Under the pieces are notes generated by a model. The model was not told the origin of the DNA. It ran no database searches and saw only the letters and a program-made list of their open reading frames with translations. Shown here piece after piece: positions 17,283 through 25,695 of a stretch of DNA of 32,000 nucleotides (its first letter is position 1; each line of letters begins with the position of its first letter). The DNA comes from Raphidiopsis brookii D9 (GTDB lineage Bacteria; Cyanobacteriota; Cyanobacteriia; Cyanobacteriales; Nostocaceae), in NCBI GenBank assembly GCA_000175855.1, contig ACYB01000001.1, positions 5,243 to 37,242 of the forward strand, read 5' to 3'. The translations under genes were made by a program, and so were the position numbers.

Positions 17283-17483
17283 CTATTCTTTATCAATCTT
17301 GGGGACAAAATCAGGACGATCCTTACTTTCCCAACCTGGGGGACGTTTAGAATTGTACCAGGCGATTGAACCAATAGTAACTGCAGCAACAAAGCCAACC
17401 ACATAGACTAAGGTGAAGGCCAATGGAAAATGATTACCAGCGGACACTGGCGCTGCTTCTAGTAGTATTAACGACAAACTCAT
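17283..17483 (-). CDS. Small single-pass membrane protein (66 aa)
   Basis: It has one clear TM helix (FPLAFTLVYVVGFVAAVTIGSIAWY) followed by a charged tail (KRPPGWESKDRPDFVPKIDKE). It reminds me of a conserved cyanobacterial small protein, possibly Psb35-like, but I cannot verify that. Confidence 0.5.
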   Translation of the reverse strand: MSLSLILLEAAPVSAGNHFPLAFTLVYVVGFVAAVTIGSIAWYNSKRPPGWESKDRPDFVPKIDKE

Positions 17484-17617
17484 GAGTGTTTTATCCCACT
17501 GCTTATAATATAGGATTTCAGGATTTTATTTCATTTTACTATAATCTCACATATTATAGGCATAGTTAACCAAATATGTTGAATATAATATTTGATTTGG
17601 GAAAAAAACAAATGTTA

Positions 17618-19987
17618 TCAGTCAGGTTTGAGTCGTTCTCGCCAAGATGGTTGGCCAGCTGGGGAATTGGGAGTTGGGAGTGAGGATGGCACAGTCTGGA
17701 AATCATTGCGACGCCGCCTTCTTCTTCTGGTAGAAGTGGTATTTTCCTCAGTTGAGGATGGCACAGTCTGCACATCGTAGCGACGCCGCCTTCTTCTTCT
17801 GGTAGAAGTGGTGCTTTCCTCAGTTGAAGATGGCACAGTCTGCACATCGTAGCGACGCCGCCTTCTTCTTCTGGTAGAAGTATCCTGATCTTGGTCTAAT
17901 TGCCAATTGCGCCCTCTTCTACCACTTTGGCTGGTAGATGAATTACCATCTTGAGAATCTGAGTTATCATCACGCTTAGAAAATTTAAAGCCAGCATTTT
18001 TCTTAGAAATTGGTTGAGCCTTGATTGTGGCTTTGCGCTTTGCCACTCGGGAAGGTCGTGGAAACTTTTCCACTTTCAGGTCTTTTACAGCTCCCTCCAT
18101 GAATTGAGACCAGGTGTAAGCAGCTGTGGAACTGGAACCATGAGTAGGGCGATTGTTATCATTACCTAGCCAAATTCCTGTTACCATTTGGGGTATGTAG
18201 CCAATAAACCATAAATCCCTTGACTCATCAGATGTACCGGTTTTTCCTGCTACTGGCCTGTCTGGCAATTGGGCGGCCCGTCCAGTACCGTTGGTAACTA
18301 CATTGGTTAACATATTGGTCACAATACCACTGCTATCAGCATCCAAGGCTCTTTTAGGTTGGAAATTCGCACTCCAAATTACATCACCCTGACGATTAAG
18401 AATGCGACGAATGGCGTGTGCTTCCGTATGTAAACCTTCAGTGGCAAAGGAACCATAGGCACTGGTTAATTCTAAAAGGTTAACCTCATTAGAACCAAGA
18501 GCTAAGGAGTAGTTATGTTCTAAACGTGATTTAATCCCCATGTTTTGGGCAATTTTAATGGTTGGCTCATAGCCAACATCTATTAACACTTGAAGGGAAA
18601 TTGTATTGATGGATAGAGCCAATGCGTCTTGCATGCTCATTAAACCACGGAACTTCTCGCTATAATTCTTTGGCTCATAACCTCTAAATGAAATAGGCTG
18701 ATCCATATATGTATCCCCTGGATTCTTACCTGAAGCTATGGCAGCTGCATATACAAAGGTTTTAAATGTTGAACCTGGCTGTCTTTGAGCTTGGGTTACT
18801 CTATTGAACTGAGTTTTGGCAAAATCTTTCCCTCCAACCATCACCTGAATTTCTCCATTACGGGGATTAATAGACACTAAGGCACCTTCTCGAAACCTTC
18901 CCCAAGTTCCTTCTGTTTTCAGGGTTTTTACTAGTACCTCTTCCGCCATTTTTTGCCAATTTGAATTTAAGCTAGTTTCTACAGTTAGTCCACCCGCTGC
19001 TAAAATATCGGGTTTCAGGTATTTGGGTAGCTGCTGCTGCACGTAGGAACAAAAATAGGGCGCAGTAACTTGAAATCGTCTGGGTAAATTACTCTTAACT
19101 GTAAGTGTTTGTTGAAGTGCGGACTGTTTTTCTTGGGGTGTAATTACTCCATCCTCCTCCATTCTTTGTAAAACCGTATTTCTTCTGGCTATAGCTCCAG
19201 GGAGATTCTTGTCGGGAGCGTAAATATTGGGTGCAGGAGCAAGACCAGCAATAGTGGCTATTTCTGATAAGTTCAGTTGATCTACTGTTTTGCCAAAATA
19301 TACCCAGCTGGCATCTGCTACTCCGTAAGCTCCCGAACCTAAATAAACTAAATTTAGGTAACGTTCTAAAATTTCTTCTTTGGTGAGTTCCCCTTCTATT
19401 TTCTGGGCTAAACGCACTTCCTTGAGTTTGCGCCACAGAGTCCGCTCTTGACTAAGAAACAGAATTCTAGCCAGTTGTTGAGTAATGGTACTACCACCTT
19501 GAACTACGTTTTTTGACTGGAAGTTACTGAGAGTAGCCCTAATAATTCCCTGAAAGTCTATTCCATCATGTTGTTTGAATCTTCTGTCTTCTGACGCAAT
19601 AAAGGCTAACTGCAATTTGTCTGGAATCTGTTGTATTTTTAACTGCTCTCTTGTTGCTTCCCCTTGCTGCATTAAGACAGTACTGTCCCCAGCTTTAATG
19701 GTCAGGGTTTGTTGCCTTATCATCGCATTAAGTTCTGATTTATCTGGTAAGGAACTGTCTACTGTCCGAATACCATAGTTTAAACCAATTATGGTACTAC
19801 TTAAACCTAACCCCGCCCAGAACCAAATCTGCCGATAAAACGGCTTCTCACCTCTCCCAATTTTTTCTCTCACCATCAACGATAGCTGCTGAATATGCCC
19901 AAGTAACAAGCCCAATTTTGGTGGTATACTCAGGGGTAGTTTCTCATCTGTGGGATTCTCGTTTTTCTGATTATTACCAACTGGCAA
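17618..19987 (-). CDS. Class A penicillin-binding protein (transglycosylase/transpeptidase) with a repeat-bearing Arg-rich C-terminal tail
   Basis: The glycosyltransferase motifs are EDRRFKQHDGID, GGSTITQQLAR and RKLKEVRLA. The transpeptidase motifs are STFK, SIN and KTGT. An N-terminal TM helix is present. The start is a TTG with AAGGAG 9 nt upstream; an alternative in-frame ATG lies at 19876. Confidence 0.85.
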   Translation of the reverse strand: MPVGNNQKNENPTDEKLPLSIPPKLGLLLGHIQQLSLMVREKIGRGEKPFYRQIWFWAGLGLSSTIIGLNYGIRTVDSSLPDKSELNAMIRQQTLTIKAGDSTVLMQQGEATREQLKIQQIPDKLQLAFIASEDRRFKQHDGIDFQGIIRATLSNFQSKNVVQGGSTITQQLARILFLSQERTLWRKLKEVRLAQKIEGELTKEEILERYLNLVYLGSGAYGVADASWVYFGKTVDQLNLSEIATIAGLAPAPNIYAPDKNLPGAIARRNTVLQRMEEDGVITPQEKQSALQQTLTVKSNLPRRFQVTAPYFCSYVQQQLPKYLKPDILAAGGLTVETSLNSNWQKMAEEVLVKTLKTEGTWGRFREGALVSINPRNGEIQVMVGGKDFAKTQFNRVTQAQRQPGSTFKTFVYAAAIASGKNPGDTYMDQPISFRGYEPKNYSEKFRGLMSMQDALALSINTISLQVLIDVGYEPTIKIAQNMGIKSRLEHNYSLALGSNEVNLLELTSAYGSFATEGLHTEAHAIRRILNRQGDVIWSANFQPKRALDADSSGIVTNMLTNVVTNGTGRAAQLPDRPVAGKTGTSDESRDLWFIGYIPQMVTGIWLGNDNNRPTHGSSSTAAYTWSQFMEGAVKDLKVEKFPRPSRVAKRKATIKAQPISKKNAGFKFSKRDDNSDSQDGNSSTSQSGRRGRNWQLDQDQDTSTRRRRRRRYDVQTVPSSTEESTTSTRRRRRRRYDVQTVPSSTEENTTSTRRRRRRRNDFQTVPSSLPTPNSPAGQPSWRERLKPD
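17682..17880. repeat. 72-bp tandem repeat, about 2.75 copies, inside the PBP 3' end
   Basis: Units start at 17682, 17754 and 17826. Each shares ...GATGGCACAGTCTG..GCGACGCCGCCTTCTTCTTCTGGTAGAAGT... . On the coding strand each unit encodes TSTRRRRRRR(Y/N)D(V/F)QTVPSS. Confidence 0.9.
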
Positions 19988-20246
19988 GAGTCATTTCTCC
20001 TTATCAGACGTAGTTTAAGTGAAGTTTTAATTGTTTTAATTATAGCTTTAGCCAGAACGCCATGGACAGGTCTGATGGCTAAGCTAAAAGTCAGTGCTGG
20101 TGTTCTGAATCGCCCCATTCCCAGTGGCTACGGCTATAGTTAGTGACTAATATCACTCATACTGAGCCGTTTCAACCACAGTAGTTTTAATGTAAAACTG
20201 GCAAATTTCCCTCTTTCCGGAGATATTTTGGGCGAATTTCCCTTAG

Positions 20247-20669
20247 TTAGTTTTGTACGTCCACCCAGCGACGGTAAAGTTTTTGAATTTTCCTGAGCAA
20301 GGAGGTGTAAATTGTTTGATTATAATCCAAGTTTTTAGTTAAATCCTGTATTTTTGTTAGCAATTTAGCCTCTTCCGTAGCCACTTCACCATCACTATAG
20401 ATTAACCCACTGATGGATTCAATTAAGTCTTGACACTGTTCTAAACTAGGGCGATCGCCTAAATACTCTCTTACCCATTGATAGCATTGATCTGGTTTAA
20501 CTTGAACTAACTCGTAGAGCCAAGGTTTGATTTCTGGATCAGCAGAAAGACCCTTAGAATGGGCTATCTCTCTGAGATATTGTCTTTCCTCTGGCTGAAT
20601 TCTACCATCAATCCAAGCTGCACCAATGAGAATTTTAACTAGATTTTTTACGTCGGGATGATTAACCAT
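20247..20669 (-). CDS. TerB-like (tellurite-resistance TerB / DjlA N-terminal domain family) protein
   Basis: Two repeats of the pattern AAWIDGRIQPEERQYL... / LIYSDGEVATEEAKLL are typical of TerB-like domains. GGAGG lies upstream of the ATG. Confidence 0.65.
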   Translation of the reverse strand: MVNHPDVKNLVKILIGAAWIDGRIQPEERQYLREIAHSKGLSADPEIKPWLYELVQVKPDQCYQWVREYLGDRPSLEQCQDLIESISGLIYSDGEVATEEAKLLTKIQDLTKNLDYNQTIYTSLLRKIQKLYRRWVDVQN

Positions 20670-20732
20670 TTTGCCTCCTCCAGTAGATTCGGACTCTGGT
20701 TAAATGATACAATAGTTGGGGATATTTCAAGT

Positions 20733-22073
20733 CTAATCCTTGTTTTTTCTTAAACGCACTAAGAAAAAACCGTCCATAAGCTGTTGGTGTGGCCAGAGCT
20801 TTAACCATCCGGGGGAGGAAACATCCAGAAAATCAAAGTTTGGCTTTTCCATCTCCCACTGGGGATTGATATGCAAAAATTCTCTAATTAGGTCCTCGTT
20901 CTCCTGGGGATGCAAGGTGCAAGTAGCATAGACTAAGACTCCTCCTGGCTTGACAAACTTGGCAGTATGGGATATAAGTTCTTTCTGTATGTGAGCAAGA
21001 TCTCCTACGGAGCTAGGGTCTTGTCGCCAGCGTGCATCAGCGTGACGGTGCATAGTCCCTAAACCAGAACAGGGAGCGTCTAACAGTACCCGGTCAGCTA
21101 CATGGTGGAATTGAGTAAAATTGCGACTGTCTCCAGGAAAAATTTCAATGGATTGCAAACGGAGACGTTGAGCATTTTCACTGAGTTTACGTAAGCGAGA
21201 AGGAGTGCGATCGCAGGCATATATTTTGCCATTATCACCCATTAATTCGGCAATGTGGGTGGTTTTTCCCCCGGGGGCGGCACAAACATCAATAATCACC
21301 TCACCAGGCTTAGGATCGAGCAAATGACCAACTAACTGGGCCGCAGCATCTTGTATGCACCACCATCCCTCAGTGAAACCTGGTAAATTTTGAATTGGTC
21401 CAGCAGGGTTGACTAACCTTAACCCCTGGGGTAAGTGGGGTATCCTATCCACTAAAATACCAGCCTTTTTAAAAACTGATTCCACCATTTCTAGGGAAGC
21501 TCGAAGAATATTGACCCGTAAATCAATCGTCGGAGTTTGATTCATCCACTGACAGAGTTTTTCCGTTTCTTCCTGGCCCAACTGTGATAACCAAACCTCA
21601 ATTACCCAATTGGGAAAGCTGTATAAAATACCTAGTCTTTCTACCAAATTTTCCGGAAGGATCAGGGGATCAGAGGTCTTTTCCAAAAGACGTATATATT
21701 GGCGTAAAAAACCATTCACAAAACCAGTTAACCCGGGGAAACCATTTTCTTTTGCCAGTTGCACAGTAGTATTGACAGCAGCAGAAACGGGGATTTTTTG
21801 TTGGTAACGCAGTTGATACAAACCCAGATGCAAAATACATCGCAGATCCCTTGGCTGTTGTTGTGATTTTTTATCAGCAATTTGGTCAATTATTGCATCT
21901 AAGCTGCGTTGTCTCCTCACACTACCGTAGACCAATTCTGTCATTAATCGTCGGTCATGATCAGACAACTTAAACTTCTGTAAAGTGCGATCGATAGCAA
22001 TATCAGCATAAGCTCCCCGGTGTACTTCTCTGAGAGCAGTAAATGCTATTTGTCGAGTAGATAAGGTTTTCAT
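20733..22073 (-). CDS. rsmB: 16S rRNA (cytosine967-C5)-methyltransferase
   Basis: There is a NusB-like N-terminal domain. The SAM-binding motif is DVCAAPGGKT, and the catalytic motifs are DAPCSGLG and YATCT. I chose the start at 22073 because the longer track ORF would run through a terminator hairpin at 22111-22137. Confidence 0.85.
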   Translation of the reverse strand: MKTLSTRQIAFTALREVHRGAYADIAIDRTLQKFKLSDHDRRLMTELVYGSVRRQRSLDAIIDQIADKKSQQQPRDLRCILHLGLYQLRYQQKIPVSAAVNTTVQLAKENGFPGLTGFVNGFLRQYIRLLEKTSDPLILPENLVERLGILYSFPNWVIEVWLSQLGQEETEKLCQWMNQTPTIDLRVNILRASLEMVESVFKKAGILVDRIPHLPQGLRLVNPAGPIQNLPGFTEGWWCIQDAAAQLVGHLLDPKPGEVIIDVCAAPGGKTTHIAELMGDNGKIYACDRTPSRLRKLSENAQRLRLQSIEIFPGDSRNFTQFHHVADRVLLDAPCSGLGTMHRHADARWRQDPSSVGDLAHIQKELISHTAKFVKPGGVLVYATCTLHPQENEDLIREFLHINPQWEMEKPNFDFLDVSSPGWLKLWPHQQLMDGFFLVRLRKNKD

Positions 22074-22104
22074 AAAAGGATCATTATACCATTTTAACAT
22101 GCAC

Positions 22105-22137
22105 TGAACAAAGGGAATTGCCTGGGGCAATTCCCTT
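22105..22137 (-). terminator. Terminator-like hairpin between the lipoprotein gene and rsmB
   Basis: A perfect 12-bp inverted repeat AAGGGAATTGCC-tgg-GGCAATTCCCTT spans 22111-22137. On the minus strand it is followed by TGTT, giving ..CCCTTTGTT. Confidence 0.55.
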
Positions 22138-22171
22138 CTTGCACAGTTGTCAAAGGTGCTGTGGTATTGAT

Positions 22172-23032
22172 TTATCTTCTTCTGCTACCAAAACCGCCAG
22201 AGCGCCGAACCCCAGAAGAACGAGATCCACTGCCAAAACTACTACCAGAATTACGTCGCAGAGAACTAGACCGCCCTGATGAGCGGAGATTACTACCCCC
22301 AAAGCCAGATCCAGTAGCTCTACCACCAGTATTATTCCGATTTGTCAATCCACTATTAGATCTAAGGGATCCAGTAGTACGGAAAACTGCACGATTTCTC
22401 ACAGCTGCAGGTGGTTGATTATAGCGACTTTGATAACTAGAAACTGCTGCATTATAGCTAGAACCATATCCACCATGACCATAAATACCACCGGGTTGAT
22501 AAACGGGGGGTACGTAGTACTGAGGTCTGAATAACATACTACCAATGGCCTGACCTGCTATATTACCAGCTACAGCAGCTGCGAAAGGAGTCCAGAAACT
22601 AGACTCTTGACGGACAAAAACCGTTTCCTGCTGTCCGGTTTGAGGATTACTTCTGGTTTCGGTAACATTATGGACATACTCAATTTTAAAGTCCTCGGTT
22701 ATATATAAGGCTAGTTGTCCATTCTCCACCTTTAAATAACTTTTTTTGCCCTCTTTGACTTCCTCATCAGTTAAACGAGCCATTTGTAATTTCTCCGTGG
22801 CAAAAGTTGGTGGTTGATTGCCCAGCAAAAATAGGGTATACTCACCATTGGCATCGTTATAAGTAACCTGTTGTACTTGATACTGTCCATCATTGAGTTT
22901 AGTGGGGGTTGCACTTTGACTACCATTGGAGTAGGTGGTATTTTGGGAACCTCCCCCACAAGCAATGGTTGTTAAGCACAAAGTTAGGGCTAAACAAACA
23001 ATTGTCAGTTTACGCATTATAGTCTTGACCAT
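22172..23032 (-). CDS. Putative lipoprotein with a glycine-zipper TM segment and a Gly/Ser/Arg-rich disordered C-terminal tail
   Basis: The N-terminus MVKTIMRKLTIVCLALTLCLTTIAC-GGGS resembles a lipobox (alternative ATG at 23017). A hydrophobic FWTPFAAAVAGNIAGQAIGSMLF segment follows. The last roughly 90 aa are low complexity (..GSGFGGSNLRSSGRSSSLRRNSGSSFGSGSRSSGVRRSGGFGSRRR). Confidence 0.55.
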   Translation of the reverse strand: MVKTIMRKLTIVCLALTLCLTTIACGGGSQNTTYSNGSQSATPTKLNDGQYQVQQVTYNDANGEYTLFLLGNQPPTFATEKLQMARLTDEEVKEGKKSYLKVENGQLALYITEDFKIEYVHNVTETRSNPQTGQQETVFVRQESSFWTPFAAAVAGNIAGQAIGSMLFRPQYYVPPVYQPGGIYGHGGYGSSYNAAVSSYQSRYNQPPAAVRNRAVFRTTGSLRSNSGLTNRNNTGGRATGSGFGGSNLRSSGRSSSLRRNSGSSFGSGSRSSGVRRSGGFGSRRR

Positions 23033-23097
23033 TTGAATAATTTGATTTTTCCGGGGTGTTATTTTTGATTGCCAATAACTCAAGGTTAACAAGAAAA

Positions 23098-23685
23098 TTA
23101 GAGAGGAATCAACTCTGGATAATATTCTAACAAATGATCATCTGTCAGTTCATCGCCCAAGCGTGCAGGAGAGAAGTGAACTTGGATGGCTCTAAGTTTA
23201 TTTTGGTAGTGTAAGTTCACTAATGATTTTAACCCAGCTTTGAGGGAAGAAATCTGGGCTAGATTTGTTTCTATTTCTGGTACTTCACCTTCAAAAGCAA
23301 CTGTGATCATAACTAGCACATTCCGGGTAACGGGAATGGATAACGCCTGACCTGGACTAGAACCGGTATCAAGGTCAGCTCCATATCTCCCCGCAGAATC
23401 AGTAAATAATTCATTTACATAGTCTCCCGCTTCTCCCTCGTTCCAGAATACATCTCCCTCATTACCAGCAGCAACCCAGCACTGGTCATATCTCAACAGG
23501 GTTTCACACACTGTGACTAGTTGCTCTCCTAATGATTCTAAATCACCTTCAGCATCTATTGCTTCTCTAGCAGCACTATTTAAGACTCCTAAAATTGGTG
23601 CCACTTCCTGACCATTCAGGTGCAAAAATATACGGGAGACTACGTAACGTGTTCTACCGATAAACTTATTAAATAAATTGGCCAT
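23098..23685 (-). CDS. Hypothetical protein, DUF1517-like soluble core (tentative)
   Basis: The protein is 195 aa. The central ..CETLLRYDQCWVAAG.. and the C-terminal LRAIQVHFSPARLGDELTDDHLLEYYPELIPL resemble the end of DUF1517 proteins as I recall it (..AVEVLWTPq..d.L...ELl.dYP.L.pL). It has no N-terminal TM or Gly-rich region. Confidence 0.45.
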   Translation of the reverse strand: MANLFNKFIGRTRYVVSRIFLHLNGQEVAPILGVLNSAAREAIDAEGDLESLGEQLVTVCETLLRYDQCWVAAGNEGDVFWNEGEAGDYVNELFTDSAGRYGADLDTGSSPGQALSIPVTRNVLVMITVAFEGEVPEIETNLAQISSLKAGLKSLVNLHYQNKLRAIQVHFSPARLGDELTDDHLLEYYPELIPL

Positions 23686-23764
23686 TTTTTCCCAATAGAT
23701 TTTGTAGTCCTTTATTCCAATATGATATCAGAAAGAGGGATTAGGAAAGGAAGAGAAAAGAAGA

Positions 23765-24301
23765 TTAAATCAATCTCTGGTTCATCAGTTTTTGGTATTC
23801 TGCTTCACTAATGAGGTCTTGGGGAGATTCGACCCGGTCTAAAAATACTAAACCTTCCAAGTGATCATACTCATGTTGAAAAATTCTTGCCACGAAGTTG
23901 ACTAACTCCTGTTTTTGAAAATTACCATTTCTATCAGTATATTCCACTTGAATTCTTTCATACCTAGGAACCAAACCCCTGATTCCTGGAACACTTAAAC
24001 AACCTTCCCATCCTTTGGTAATTTCTGTTCCATAACCAACTATTTTAGGATTAATCATTGGTGTTGGCTCCATTTCCGGTGCGTGGGGATATCTGGGATT
24101 AGGACGGGAAGCTACAATAAATAGGCGCAATGATTGGGCCACTTGGGGTGCAGCAATGCCCACCCCATTGGACTGGGCAACTGTGGTTATTAAATGATCA
24201 ATTAGTTGTTGTATTTCCCGATCATTTATCGCTTCAATTTCTGTAGCTTTTTGCTGTAATAAGAGATTGCCCAATTGAATAATTGATGATTTACCAGTCA
24301 T
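23765..24301 (-). CDS. def: Peptide deformylase
   Basis: All three deformylase motifs are present: GIAAPQV, EGCLSVPG and QHEYDHLEG. Confidence 0.9.
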   Translation of the reverse strand: MTGKSSIIQLGNLLLQQKATEIEAINDREIQQLIDHLITTVAQSNGVGIAAPQVAQSLRLFIVASRPNPRYPHAPEMEPTPMINPKIVGYGTEITKGWEGCLSVPGIRGLVPRYERIQVEYTDRNGNFQKQELVNFVARIFQHEYDHLEGLVFLDRVESPQDLISEAEYQKLMNQRLI

Positions 24302-24377
24302 ATTTTAACTTCCTATTTCCTACTATTAATTACTATACTAGATAGTATAGCATGTTATTTAAGCCCGTGTTGTAAAA

Positions 24378-25550
24378 CTATCTTCGGGATCTTATCGGTA
24401 GGGGTCCTGGCTTAACAGTTAAATTTAAATTTGTACCATTACGCTCCACTTCTATTGCCAGAGGAGTTCCAATTTGACTTTTTTCTACAAGTTTTTGCAC
24501 TTCCTCGACTTTAGTAATTGATTGGTTGTTAATGCTTTTAATTACATCCCCTGCTCTTAGTCCTCCCTCTGCTGCTGGTGATTGAGGAACAATTCTAACT
24601 AAGAATACTCCTTTATCAGTAATAATATTGACCCTACCATCAAATCTACCAACTATTCTATTCTTAATCTCAGGAGTGAGGGTGATCATTTCTACTCCCA
24701 AATAAGGATGATCAACGCGACCATTGGTAATTAATTCTTGGGCAATTTTTTTCACGGTATTAATGGGAATAGCAAAACCTAAACCTTGGGCACCTTGAAT
24801 AATCGCAGTGTTCATACCTATGGCTTCCCCGCGAGCATTTAAAAGCGGACCCCCAGAATTACCTGGATTAATCGCTGCATCAGTTTGTAAGTAATCTACC
24901 CGTTTATCACTAGCACCAATATCAGTGCTAGACCGATCTGTAGCGCTGATGATGCCAGAAGTTACGGTATTGTTTAAACCTAAAGGATTACCAATAGCAA
25001 TTACTGCTTCTCCAGGCTGTAAGTCACTGGAATTACCTAGAGTTAAAGTGGGCAGATTTTGAGCATTAATTTGGATAACTGCCACGTCTGTAACCGCATC
25101 TTCGCCCAACACCTTACCATCAAAACTACGCCCGTCTTTCAGAGTTACTGTTACCTGATCCGCACCGTCTACCACATGGGAATTAGTTAAAATTTGACCA
25201 GAAGCATTAATGATAAATCCTGAACCACTACCTCTTTCTACCCTTTGTTCTGGTTGGGGAAGAGCATCACCAAAAAATCTACGTAAGAATGGGTCAGAAA
25301 ACTCTTCTGGTACTTGAGAGGTAACAGTTCTGGCAGAGTCAATACGGACAACCGCACTTCCCACTTTTTGCACTACTTGAACAATAAAATTTGGATCACC
25401 ACCAACTACGACCACAGAATTGGACTTAGTGGTTGATTCAACTTGAGGGTTGATTTTTTGTGGTGTGAGATTTCTGCCATTTAAATTGGAGCAGCCTGTC
25501 ACAATTACGATTAGTCCAGTCATGAATATTGAGCGTTTTAATTGAGCCAT
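24378..25550 (-). CDS. HtrA/DegP-family serine protease with a C-terminal PDZ domain
   Basis: The catalytic triad contexts are TNSHVV, TDVAVI and GNSGGPLL. A PDZ-like segment (..SPAAEGGLRAGDVIKSINNQ) lies at the C-terminus. I prefer the start at 25550 (MAQLKRSIFMTGLIVIVTGCS, a signal or lipobox-like sequence) to the longer track ORF. Confidence 0.85.
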   Translation of the reverse strand: MAQLKRSIFMTGLIVIVTGCSNLNGRNLTPQKINPQVESTTKSNSVVVVGGDPNFIVQVVQKVGSAVVRIDSARTVTSQVPEEFSDPFLRRFFGDALPQPEQRVERGSGSGFIINASGQILTNSHVVDGADQVTVTLKDGRSFDGKVLGEDAVTDVAVIQINAQNLPTLTLGNSSDLQPGEAVIAIGNPLGLNNTVTSGIISATDRSSTDIGASDKRVDYLQTDAAINPGNSGGPLLNARGEAIGMNTAIIQGAQGLGFAIPINTVKKIAQELITNGRVDHPYLGVEMITLTPEIKNRIVGRFDGRVNIITDKGVFLVRIVPQSPAAEGGLRAGDVIKSINNQSITKVEEVQKLVEKSQIGTPLAIEVERNGTNLNLTVKPGPLPIRSRR

Positions 25551-25695
25551 GGAAGGATGAATGAAGGTGGAAAATAAGTAATTGATCATAATTTTGTGGT
25601 GGAGCTGGTGGGGGATTGGAAGCATGAGCTAGGATAGCGGAAAATTTGCCAGGAAAATTTGCTAGTATGATCCTTCACTATCTGTGTTCAGATTT

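Noticed and set aside
17566-17847. 93-aa alternative-frame ORF and 62-aa antisense ORF with internal repeats (MCRLCH..)
   Set aside because: These are artefacts of the 72-bp tandem repeat being read in other frames. The PBP frame is continuous with the catalytic domains.
19095-19436. 113-aa same-strand, out-of-frame ORF inside the PBP gene
   Set aside because: It is embedded in the transglycosylase/linker coding region, is Arg/Ser-rich, and has no independent start signals.
22074-22130. N-terminal extension of rsmB given by the ORF track (start 22130)
   Set aside because: The extension would be translated through a perfect 12-bp terminator-like hairpin at 22111-22137. The ATG at 22073 gives the normal MKTLSTRQIAF.. 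NusB-like N-terminus.
22161-22418. 85-aa plus-strand Pro/Arg/Leu-rich ORF
   Set aside because: It is the antisense shadow of the Gly/Ser/Arg low-complexity tail of the lipoprotein gene.
25551-25695. oriC / DnaA-box cluster upstream of dnaN
   Set aside because: I found only one near-match to the cyanobacterial box (GGTGGAAAA versus TGTGGAAAA). The spacer is under 150 bp and no dnaA gene is adjacent. That is not enough for an origin call.
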